A stretch of 64,000 nt of DNA from Klebsormidium nitens (Eukaryota; Plantae; Klebsormidiophyceae): positions 7,196 to 71,195 of the forward strand of contig DF237443.1 of NCBI GenBank assembly GCA_000708835.1, in the 5' to 3' direction. The notes beneath the pieces were generated by a model. It ran no database searches and was not told the origin of the DNA. It saw only the letters and a list, made by a program, of their open reading frames with translations. The position numbers were made by a program, and so were the translations under genes. Every line of letters starts with the position of its first letter. Position 1 is the stretch's first letter. Shown one piece after another: positions 52,302-63,459 of the stretch.

Positions 52302-52475
52302 GGGCGGGTCAAACGGATCAAGGGACTGTGCAGAATCTGATTCGCGGTCGGGTCGAACGGATCAAGGGACTGTGCAGAAATCGAGTGGCGGGCGGTCAAA
52401 CGGATCTAGGGACTGTGCAGAAATTGACTTGCGGGTGGGTCGAACGGAGTAAAGGCCAGCAGAAACTGACTCGCG
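52302..52475. repeat. Four-copy ~44-bp tandem array containing the GGATCAAGG motif
   Basis: GGTC(A/G)AACGGATC(A/T)AGGGACTGTGCAGAA cores at 52315, 52359 and 52402, and a degenerate fourth at 52446. Lies in the intron 52204-52682. Confidence 0.85.
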
Positions 52476-52682
52476 TGAAGCATTAGCTGTGCTTTCCGTT
52501 TGTCCTCCTGGCTTGGTGAAGATTGATTTACGCATACTTGATGAGGACGTGGCATACCCTCGCCAAAACCAAACACGGACGGCGACAGTTTTCTGGAATC
52601 TACTACTTCACTTCTATCTACTTGAAATGAATCTCTCTGAACACCCCTGCTATCGTACCTGAATACCCCGTTCATTCGCTAG

Positions 52683-55600
52683 GTTTATCGACATTCTAAA
52701 GCGCTTGGAAAAGCGTTCAGAAGTCGCTGCTTCCAAGGAGGTGACGGTTGTGGCTTCCGGATCCGTTGCTTCTCCAGGAACCGAGTTGCCTTCCACCAGG
52801 TAATCCATCACGGTCTATACAAGTTTGGGACAGAGTTTCTGAGTTTAACCATCTCTACATTTGGTGCCCTTGATCTCTAAGGATGTCTCAAGGATTGACG
52901 TTGCACGACCCACGTTATATTGGTCAATCACGTGTGCGTCGCGGTACGCTATGCGGCAACTAGACACAAGTGCTTCGCACAGATTTGGTTGCTTTAATAG
53001 CAAGCGTCACAGGCTGTTACCAACCAGAAGCGCCTGGTTGAAATAGGGAGCTCTTAAAAAGGGCTTGCTAAAAGCCCCCCGGCCTGTCGCCTACTACTGC
53101 TTGAGTCACCTTGCCCTAACGCCCGCCTTTGGGGCATATCCCCGGAGCTTCGGAAAAAAGGCTTAAAACAGGCGCCGTTCACTAGCACTGGAGCCGTTTG
53201 CGCCCTGCCAAAACGGGCGCTGGCAGCGGGGGACAGCTCGGAGCATCGGATTAAGAGGCTCGACAAAGCCCCTGCACGATAGCTCATACGTCCGGTTGCC
53301 CGATCTTTTTGGTAAGGACACAAAGCTTTAACTTGCTTTCGTTTTTACTGCAGTGAAACGAACAACTGCGTGCGCGGCGCTTCGGAAGGAATGCTGCAGA
53401 TGGACAAGTCCGGGCCAGCCGTCGACGAACCTGCCGCCGCGCAGACCACCGCCAAGTAAGTCCGGATTCATTTACAAGCAGTCACAACTATATCAACGGG
53501 AAAGTCGACAGAGGCTGTGCACAAACTGATTGATAGCGCTCGCATCTTAGAGTTCATGCAGACAGGTTAAACCCGATCGCTTGGTATCACGGCCTGTTCG
53601 TCATCATACGCGCTCCCTGAATCTGGTCGCCATGAGAAGCATCGTTTCATTTGTTGCTGGAGATTATTTAACGTCGCCGTCCAATAGAGAAGAGCCGCGG
53701 CCATGTACATGTATAACGACAAATTGCCTTTGCAGACCCCCCCCACAAGCATCCGGACCCGCGACAGCAACACGCCGCGGCAACATCATGCCGCTCGTGG
53801 ACGAACGGCCGGCCAACACGTGAGTAAACCGGACAACTTCCCTGAAGATAAACTGTTCTGAAGGTCAATGAAGGGTGACCTTACAAATCGTTTCGAACCT
53901 CGTTTTCTGCTCCATCAAGATGCAATCTGGGTGTGATCGACCGGGTTGCGCCCGCTTCCTTCAGAACAATGCTGAGTATTGAGTAAGTTCCAACCACCTT
54001 CGGGTCTTTATTTCTTACATATGGAGGGCGGTGACGATGGAGTATTTGTTCAAATATGCGGTGCAATCCATCTGAAGTTCTCCCGCCTTGGAACAGTGCT
54101 CAGCAAGGACTATGCCTTAATTGATTGAGAGGAAGCTGTTTTCGAACCGTTTGCAAAGCTTCGCGGTCATAGATTACTAAACAACAGTTTTCTTATGCAG
54201 TTCCCTCCTCAAACCAGCCTGCTTGGCGTCGCGTTCACGCCCGGGCAGCACTAAGCTTCTCGTCGATGTACGGGCGGCCAACAGGTTCGTTACCTAGCAA
54301 CAAAGTTGCATTGTGCAACGAAAAATGACCTTTCAAATCCTGCCACGCCCTCCTGTCCGCTCGAAATGGTGGCGGCAGCCAGTTGGAGATCGATAACTGC
54401 ACTTTAAGGGTTTTAGAGTTTGCATACGTTTAATTGTGCCCTAGCTTCCGGTGTGACATGAATTTCGTCGGGAATTTTGACTGAGGGGAAAGCGGAGCTC
54501 GTTTTGTCACCCGTCTCAGGCTCAAGTGGGCACCGTGCGGAAAAGCTCGTCCGGATAACCGGAACGGTCACTTGAGCGAATGACAACCAAGCAATTCGGA
54601 AGCAGGCACAAAGCTCAAGTTGCCATCTCGTTCTTGGTGCAGTGGAACAAACAACTTGATGGTGGGCGCTGCAGAAGGAACGTTGCAAGCAAACACGTCC
54701 GGGACAGCCGTCAACCAACCTGCTGCTGCGCATACAACGGCCAAGTGAGTATGATTCATTCACAAGCACACGTAGCTCATGCAAACAATTACTGCCCAGG
54801 GCGGCTTGCGGTGCGCCGTCACAATAGGGCCCCCTTTCGAACATCGTTGACCAGTCAAAGCGCTCTGGATCTATGTACGCCTCCCCAAAGCGCCTGGCCC
54901 ATGAGGTTGCTAATTGAAGAGTAGACGATAGAGTAGACGATAACGCTCGCTTTTTCGAGATCAAGGCTGGGCATGCATTCAATGTCAGCTACCTTAGGGC
55001 CAAATATTCAGTATCCGTCTTTCACATGGGAAGACCTGATCGGTCTTTTTTCGTGAGCATACGCTCCTGTAACTCTTTCTAGCAAGTCGCACTATTTCGC
55101 CTAGAAAGCAGTATTCCATTCTTCTGCTGAAAAGGTACCATCTTCGTCTCGAAACTAAAGCGTCAAGGTGGGACACAAGTACGACGGTTGTTCTGTGCAG
55201 TGACCTTTTGGAAGCAGCCGGCCCGTTGACACGAGCACGGCGCCGCAACAACCCCATGCCGCTGGTGAATGAGCCGCCGACCGACAGGTTTGTGAACTCC
55301 CCTTCCCAACACAGTTGGACAGCTACGAAAGTTTGACATGGACGTCATCAAAGGGTGACTTTTGTTAATCTTGCAGGCGGTTTCCTTCAGTCGGGTGGCG
55401 GCCTGTGTGAGACCGATAGCGCCATCTTCGTTAAGATCGAATAAACTTGATTCAATGAGAAATTTCAACACATGAAGTGACCTGAATACGGCTTCCTATT
55501 TTCCACTTACGACCAAGTTGCCAGGTTTGGAAGGCGATCTTTCTCGGTCTCTTCCGTTCTCTAAGAAGGCAACTGACTTTCGTCTGTTTCGCTTACAGTG

Positions 55601-58600
55601 CTACGGTTGTTCTGGCGGGAGAAGGGGCACGGGAGGACGCATCCGGGCCTGCTGTCGACCTTGCCGCCAAGAAGCCGTCCGTTGCGAAAGCGGCTACTAA
55701 GTGAGCTTGCTCCGAAGCACTGCAGTGCAAGCTAGCGGGACTCAAACCGCATAACGCAAGGTCGATTCTTGAAACGGCTCCCTCGAACTTCCCATGCAGC
55801 TTAGATGCTTAGACTTTTTCTGTCATGCCCATTATGCAGATCTGAAACAAGGCAGCCCACGCACATCCGGTTCGACATGGACTCGGAGGATGAACGAGCA
55901 GAGGAGACCGGGTACGCCGCTCGTCAACGCTCTTTGCCTCGTTGGGCCTCGTTGGCATCCCTTTTTGTGTCCTAAAAGCTTTGTAACTTGCGGTACGTTC
56001 ACAATATCTTGCTTGTAGTGTTGTTCGTCTCGCTTTTTAACGAGTCGGAACGCTTGACCGCCTTCTCATGGGCCGCGTGTTGAAAGGGCAATGAGAAAAA
56101 GTCCTGGGAGCCCATCTGCCTTGAGAGCCCTGCAATTCGGGCGCGCTGAAAGTTCTTGACAGCTCGGCCCTCCAAAAAAACGGAGCCGGACGAACGAGCA
56201 CCACGGACTGTCGGCTGCCTGCCCCGGCTTGTTAAAATGGCGCGCCCATTGCGGGCGTTGTTGCTTTGTTCTGGATCACCGTCTTCCGCAATATGTCCAT
56301 CAATTCATATCTAAGGAAGCAACACATTTGCTCGTCCATTTGTTTTTGCTTCAGTGGCACGTATGATTTGGCGGCCAGAGCAACGGAAGTAGTAGTGCGG
56401 GAGGACACCTCGGGGCCCAGCGTTGATCCCGCTGCCAACCAGCCAGCCGCTGCCAAATCGACCTCCACGTGAGCTCGCGTTTGTTTCGGAATCGCTGCAG
56501 CGCAACTCCAGCACGACGATTTTGAGGCTCCTTTTAAGGCTCTATCTTAGTGCTTGGGTTCTACTGTCATGCTCTTTTTGCAATGACGACCAAGGTACCA
56601 TCTGCATGTCCGTTTTACCACGGGAATCCGAAGATGAAGCAACAGAGGATACACTGTACGCCGCCGATTGGCAGGCAGCCCTTACACGACTTCATGGAGA
56701 ATAGGTCTTGACAAAGCTAATGCTGCAAATGGAGGACCATAGGTCATTACAAAGCAGCTGCTGTTGTTGGGTGGAAGCTGGTCTTAGCACAACTCACTGA
56801 GCCGTTCTTCTCTGACAGTGACCTAACGGACGGGGTTGTAGAACCGAGCGAAGGCCCTGCAGGGGCATCCAAGCGGATGCTAGGAGAGGACGACCCTACG
56901 ACCTCTCATCGACCGTCTCAAGTGCCAGTCATTCGGTAAGTGAACCACACTAACAACTCGGATGAAACTGTTTTAATACCTTGATGAATTAACAAGGCGG
57001 CACTAGACCCGCTTTCTTTACCGTTCACTGAACCCTCTCTCAAACCCGCTCTGTCTCGGCCTTCCACCCGTTCACCTGCCTATCATGGAGCATGCAGCTT
57101 GGCCACACGTGTACGAAGTCTCTATCAAAACGCCCTTTGAATCCAAGCCTTCTGCTTCTCCGTCGAAGCCTAGGTTCTTGAAGTTTCTCGGCTCTCTGCT
57201 TCGTGGGCTTTAAATATCGGCCCATAGGACGTGAAAGATTGATGCGGAGTGGGGTTCTTTGTGCTCAGTAGCCCGTTGCTCAACATTCACGAAAGGTGAG
57301 GGCGCCTGATTGGCAGGTCAAACGGCACTTCCGATTTACTGCCAATCTGCCCTTGCTACAGTGAAATATCCATCATGCCGGGAGGAGCGGTCAGGGGAGC
57401 ATCGCCAAACGGCACGTCCGAGGCAACCGTTGATCCACCGGCGAGAGCGCAAATGCCTGCCGGGTGAGTTGCCTGTCAAACATAAGGATTGCAGCTCGAA
57501 CAAGCTGAAACTCAGCACCTCGTGGTGGAGGTAGAAAGCACGGCGCTTTCAAAACCCTCCACGACAAAGTAGAAAGAGAAACATCATGAACCCAATCTGT
57601 CACCTTGCCATAATGGCCGCACTCGAGGCGGGTCACAACTCGCCGTGTCGGATCAAGGCTCGTAAAGGCACCTCGGGCTCAGACACGTCCCAAGAGCCTT
57701 GTCTTATTGTCCGCCCTCGGAGCGATTACAAGCCCGGGGCTCTGGCAAATAAGCTTAGGGGTAGCTCTTTTGGCTTGTTCCACGCCTTTACAACCCTGCC
57801 GAACTTACGAGAACTTTAGAGCTCATACTAGAGGCACTTTACCTCGCATTAACAGTCGCACACGTTTACATGCAGTAGCACCGAAAAGGCGGCCGTTTTG
57901 GAAAAGGGAGCGCCAAGGAGAAGCACCATCAACGTCGAGTTTACGCCGAGGGAGTGGCCGTCAAATATGTAAGCCTCTCGTACTCCTAGCAATCACTTTT
58001 ATTCCATTGCGAAGTAGCTCTTGTCACCGTAACGAGTCTGCCGACTGGCGAACGGTTTTGAGGAGTCTAAGAAGCATCAGTGCTCTCTATGCAGCGACAG
58101 GTTGTCCAGACTTTGCTGCAAAGGCCGAATGCTCCGAGTGGCAAGCGGGCATTGGGTTTAATAGCAACGCAACCCATTCTTCGTCACTGCTATGGCGACT
58201 CTTGACAAGAATGGAGCGAGGTTGTTGTGAGTCGGTTGATCTCTTCGCTGATTCTCGCATGTACTGTTTGAACGCAACAGGATGATATGCATGGACATGA
58301 ACTGCAAACGCCGTCATGTGGGCACAACAAGACTTCACATGAAAGAACCGACCCCCATCGTCGCCGAGGGCGGGATCCAGGGCTTGGGCAAGCAGCTGCT
58401 AGGTACGCACGTTTCGTGACGCTTTAAGACGGTTGCATCACTTCCAGGCTCCAATGTGCACACAAATCTGCTTGGAGTTTGTGCTCATAACAACGCTACA
58501 TCTCTGGCTTACTATGATTGCGAACAATCGTTGCCCAAAGAGTGTGGGACGTACATAGATATTGCAGTCGGATCAATCCATTAAGCGATCTTTGAATTGA

Positions 58601-59373
58601 TACTATTTCGAGCTTTGAAGATGCTTCAGCTCGCGGTTGCTGCCTGGATGCCTAGGGTCAAAGTATTTGTATTCTGCCGAAAATAAACCAAGAATTATAG
58701 GTGGGAGTAATCATAGACACTGCTTTCCTTCATCCCTCGAGTACAGTGGCCAACAAGAAGAGGTCGGTCCTGCGAGCTCTCGCGGCAGCGGGGGATATGG
58801 CCTCGCTGATTGAGAAAGAGCGGCTGTCTCTAAGGAGGCGTAAAGAAGCTAGGTATGTAAAGTCGCCACCCAACAACCTCGAGTTTGAACTTGCTCCTGT
58901 GAAATGTGCGCAATTGAACAAGATGTCGGCGCAATTTTCAGTGAAGGTCGTTTACACCGACCGTTTCATATTCAATCCAGCTACCGGGGCTGGGATGAAG
59001 GCTCGTAGTTTCGAGGTTGTTGTTACGTTGACTCAGCACGATCTGATGTTGTGCTAAGTGACCTGTGACGTCAATTGCTAACTTGCTACTGAGGCCCGCC
59101 GTTGTTGTTACGTGAGGTCAATTACCCATGCTAGGTTTGTGTGAGCAGCTTGTTCATGAGCATCTTGAAAAGCTCCTCGAGCCACTAGCTTCCTCTTCGA
59201 GATCAATACGAACGACTCTGATGCTGTTCGAAGGCAGTTTTTACACTTTCTTTTGCCAGCGTCCCAAGGGAAGAGACTTATCGGGCCACCGAAGAGGCAC
59301 GCGTACCAGAGCCAACTCGGAAACAGGACCCCCCGGCCGTCGAGCCAGAAGCTGCAGACAGGGAGTTGGCCAG
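52683..59373 (+). CDS. Low-complexity linker encoded by 15 short exons, 13 of them phase 2-2
   Basis: Stop-free exons with GT-AG ends: 52683-52799, 53354-53455, 53736-53819, 54201-54284, 54643-54744, 55201-55287, 55599-55700, 55840-55911, 56355-56468, 56819-56935, 57362-57463, 57876-57968, 58281-58402 (2-1), 58747-58852 (1-2), 59260-59373. They continue the frame of the JmjC exons. Confidence 0.7.
56580..56655 (+). pseudogene. Decayed duplicate (pseudo-exon) of exon 55840-55911
   Basis: HVRF...SEDEATEDT versus HIRFDMDSEDERAEET, with the same GTACGC donor. The acceptor reads TGCAA instead of TGCAG and there is a 1-nt insertion. Confidence 0.55.
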
Positions 59374-59988
59374 GTGACAGATCCGCACCACAAGAGCTTC
59401 GTTTGCACGTTTTACTGCACCATGATCGTCATTGTCAATGCTTCTTTGCAACTTTTCGACCTGCAACTCGCGCGAGTTGTGCCCTGCACTTGATTCCGAC
59501 AAAAGTCGGATCAAAGCTTGCATCAAATTCAATGTTCATAAAAGGGAATGCGACAATTTTCAGGAGCCTTGGTACAAAAGGCCAATTGTTCGCGCATAAA
59601 TCTTTGTACGGAAGAGCCTGGTTCCAAGCAACCCTCAGCAGATCTACGTGAAGATCTGCCAACAGTGCCTCTGAAATTTTAACCATCAGGCCGTTTAAGC
59701 TTTGTTGATTCCGTACATTCTAGCGAAAAGGCAGATGTAGGAGCCTTGATCCGTCTGTTCGATTACTCGGTGGTACATGTTTCCATGTACGATTCTGAAA
59801 AGGGACGCGTCCCGGCAATTCTCAGCAAAGCAAACGTGAAGAGGTCACAGGCGCTTCCACAAATGCTTACGCCCCAAATACTTTGCTGATCCTTCTGTTT
59901 GCCACAAAATCTTAAACTTTTAAGCCCGGTGCACGAGCCTTGATCCGTTTGATCGTCCATGCTTTGTGCGCTGATCGGTTTAAGACAG

Positions 59989-61777
59989 TGAACCACCTAG
60001 ATCGTTTTCCAACTGATTGGATGCATCCAAATACTAATGCTTGGACGCATTTTGTGGCGTGCGCAGCGGAGGAACCCTTCCTGAAGCGCTATGACATTCC
60101 TAAGGATGGCCTTTGCATCTTCAAGGCAGTATTTGTGGGCATGTTGGCACAAGGGAAGCTCTATCAGGGAGGTTTACGCGGCTTGATGGACAACACCTGG
60201 AAACAAGCTCGGGCCCATACCGGTCGCTATTCCATTGATGGCGATCTCGAGCTGGAGTTGGAGGTTTTGATTGAGCAGTACGAGGAACGGGGCTTCAACC
60301 ATATTTTAGGGGACAGAGTGATTCGGGTGAGCGGTTGGTATGTACAAGTCATCAATGAGGGAGCTTTGAAGGGTAGGCGTCCTTCGTTGGTCTTCGTAGC
60401 ACGCCATGGTCGACGGATGTTAGTGACGTACCGAAGTCTCACGGAAGCAACACTTGAATTTGAAACTCTTACGCGTTTTCCTTGCTGAATGTCTGCCAAT
60501 GGCAGCGTCATACCCGTTCAAAACCATTGCTTCTTTTGGCTGTAGAGAGTGTACCAGAGTAGTAATTTCAGAATGCTTGGTGCATGTTTACCATTGCTTC
60601 ACTCTTTATTTCCGCCCATGCCGTTTGTGCCACGTACGATGCTACTGTATTTGAAAGGCTTCTATTCGATCAAGCACCGGGGCTGCTGCTTCTTGTGGGT
60701 ACGCTTAATACGAGTGAAGCCTTACATATTCCAACTTTGACCAGTTTCGACCAGTTGGCTATCAACTAAGTTTTATGGTTTGCTTTGTACAGATTTTGTC
60801 CGACGTTGTGGGCGTGGAAATCTTGGTCTATGCTCCCTTCCTTGCCGTCAAGCACGCCCAACGGTTCACGCCCGAGCAAGCAGCTGGTGGGACGCTTCGC
60901 CCGCTACACCTGCGCTTCAACGGGGTCAACCACTACGACGCCTATATACCAGAGGATGATATCGGGCCGTTGTACCAGAAAGAGACGTCAGCGGTAACGC
61001 TGGACAGGACCGCCACCCAAATCTTGAAACAGTTGGCGGAGGGGAAGGAGGATGCGGCAAAGGACACTTGGAGGGATTGTGCCCCTGGACGTCCTTGGAA
61101 TGACCGGGCTCCGCTCGCGCAAGTGTTGGAGCTAGCCGAACGGGCGTTGAAAAAATGGCCGCTTCTAGGGCACGCTCACTATGTGCGAGCCTTGGCTTTC
61201 CAACATAGCAAGGAGCGCGGAGCATGCGAAGGCGCGCTGGTTGCAGCTAAAGAAGCTCTGCTTCTCGGGGTGGAGGAGCGGCTTCAGGCAAGGTTGTATC
61301 GCACAATCGCAAAGGCGTGCTTTGATGCGGAGGACTGGGGCGGGGCTTTCCAGTGGTACTCGAAGTGTGCGAAAGAAGGTTGTCTGCGAGCTGAAGACTC
61401 CGTGTTTTTGGATGTGAGCCAAACCCGGTTGAGCGCTCAGGGGAGCGCAAAGGCGGAGGAAGTTGCTGAGAAGGTCTTCGACTTGTTGTCTGACCCACCG
61501 GCGGAGGCTCTTTTGGCGAAGTTCGATGCAGTCGTGGAGGGTTTGGCTGCTGGTGGCGGGGGGGGCGGGAGCGGATCGGAGATAGACTCCGAATCAGAGT
61601 CCGAGGAAGATTCAGACCATGATGAGCCTCCTTTCCAAAACGTGCCGGATGGCGCCGGCCCACCCGGAGGAGCGGGGCAGGCTTCGGCCAACGAGCAGTC
61701 CGGCGCGGCGGCACGTGGTGGTTCGTCAGGAGTGCGACCGGACTTCGTTAATCTCGAATCCTCAGACGAGGAGGATG
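59989..61777 (+). CDS. OTU-family deubiquitinase domain plus TPR-like helical region and acidic tail; exons 59989-60326 and 60793-61777
   Basis: YDIPKDGLCIFKAV (OTU Cys box: D at 60105, C at 60114). A phase-0 join gives GDRVIR|ILSDVVGVEILVY. LHLRFNGVNHYD is the His box (H at 60931). Then A..ALKKWP....AHYVRALA and LYRTIAKACFDAEDW..AFQWYSK resemble TPR helices. Confidence 0.78.
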
Positions 61778-62544
61778 GTAAGAATGCAACCAAGCTAGGC
61801 CTGGTGAGAAATAGAGGCTTGCTTCAGTGAGTATAAGTTTGGCGACGTAGGTCATAAGCGAGCTTTTCAGCGGATCAAGGCTGGTGGCCGCTAATTGTTT
61901 CTTCACACATTTCCATACACTAATATCTAGAAAGCGAATCATGTTGTCCTTGTCCAACAAAGTTCTTGGAGTTTCTAGCTTCAAGATTCTTGCACCCATC
62001 ATCACACTTATGACACTGTACACAAGCTGCTGTTCAATTGAGAAGTTTTGAGTTCACGTTGTACTGAACAAACTAGCCGCCTTCGTATTCAACCTTTTGC
62101 ATCCTGGCAGAGGCCGCATGAGGACGAGGCGCCGGCAGACCTGTAGATCGCCAACTTCATTGATGCATCACCTGAACTCGAAGCTCTCAATCAGAATCAT
62201 GCAAGCAAGTTGGTCATTGTTAGAGTCAGTCCCGGTTGCTTCGTTCCAGCTACCATATCAGAGGGCGGCTGCCAAACAAAATCCATTGGCCAACGTCAAG
62301 TCGTCCCGCTTTGTGACCCATGTAAAGCAGATCAACTTTGGGCGATCCGTAGTCCCCTAGTGATCATAGCACAAGCTTTCAATGTAGACAAAGGGTCACC
62401 TTTCAGGCCGTGCAACTTTACAAAAAAAGAGAAGCACTAAGCTTTCAGATTTCGGTCATGTTTACCAGCCTTGATCTCGATTTCCTGGCTGACCAAGTGG
62501 AAATGTGTGAACAGGGACAAATTGAAGGGTTTCCATTTGTGCAG

Positions 62545-63459
62545 GCCCAACTGGCAAGAGAGCTCGCCCGAGCGTTGGAGGATTGGATCCTGGGAGCGCT
62601 TACGGCTATGGCTGCGTACTTTACGAGCGCCGAGCGGACTGGTTAAGCTTGGAGGAGGTCGACAAGCTTGTCGACGGTATGAATGTTACGCCAAGTTTGG
62701 TCAGCAAGCGGCCACCGTACGCTCCACGTGGCGGAACGGTCTTTGTTGTAGACCGTTCCCAGATGGAGCATCAAGAGGATGCTCTATATGCTTCCGGTGG
62801 AAGGTGGTTCAACAACGGGGCCAAACCCGTCCACGGCGGAAAGCTCCGGAGCAGATATTGGAAGCACAGCTCGTCTTGCAACCATGACGAGTATTGCAGC
62901 GCCGTCGGAGAAGACGACTGCAAAGGCAAATGCTTTCAGCACCGTTCTGGGGCCTCCGGTGAGCCGCTGCACAAAGATCGGAAGTTTGAGAGACGGGTGT
63001 GGGTAGGCGTGGATCCACAGGGGAACGAAGGTGGCAAGTACGTGGTCATACAGTTTGTCGGCGACGAGACAACAGTCAGGGCAGATCCGCACGGAAACCG
63101 CGTCCACAACCTCGACTTAACCTTTGAGAAGATCTTCCGGTCGACCCGGGAGGAGATGAAGCGACGTGCTTCAGTGGGAGAGTCAGCTAATAAGATCCGG
63201 AGGCAGATGCAGGCCAAAGCCAGGCACCCCGGAGAGGCGCCAAAAAGCTACAAGCAAGCCGAAAACGCAAAGGGGAGTGTGGACGCGGAAAAGCGGGGGG
63301 GGGGGCGAAGAAGTCGTGGGACGACCTTAACGCCATCCTGACTCAGAGGATGGAGCAGGAGATTGCGGACGAAGACGCCAAGGTTCCAGGGGCGCATCGG
63401 TTTATCCAGGACGTCAACTACAATGGACGCGATCTGATGGTCGTTTGCTTCTTCAGAAG
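62545..63459 (+). mobile_element. PHGN-type (CG-1/GCM-like) N-terminal domain of a Mutator-like transposase; frameshift at a G11 run (63295-63305); catalytic domain not in window
   Basis: VSKRPPYAPRGGTVFVVD......D......RWFNNG...IQFVGDE......PHGN....F.K..RST...MK...PKSYKQAEN, and after the shift WDDLNAIL...RFIQDV, follow the pattern I recall for MULE-associated transposase N-termini. The exon has a good acceptor (TTTCCATTTGTGCAG at 62544) and a donor after 63459. Confidence 0.55.

Noticed and set aside
52302-52475. CRISPR-like array
   Set aside because: Eukaryotic intron, degenerate tandem units with no unique spacers, and no cas genes.
54413-55471. Minus-strand ORFs suggesting an Ulp1 protease or zinc finger
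   Set aside because: Motif resemblance is weak (no H-W or QxNxxDCG), and they lie antisense to well-supported plus-strand exons (54643-54744, 55201-55287).
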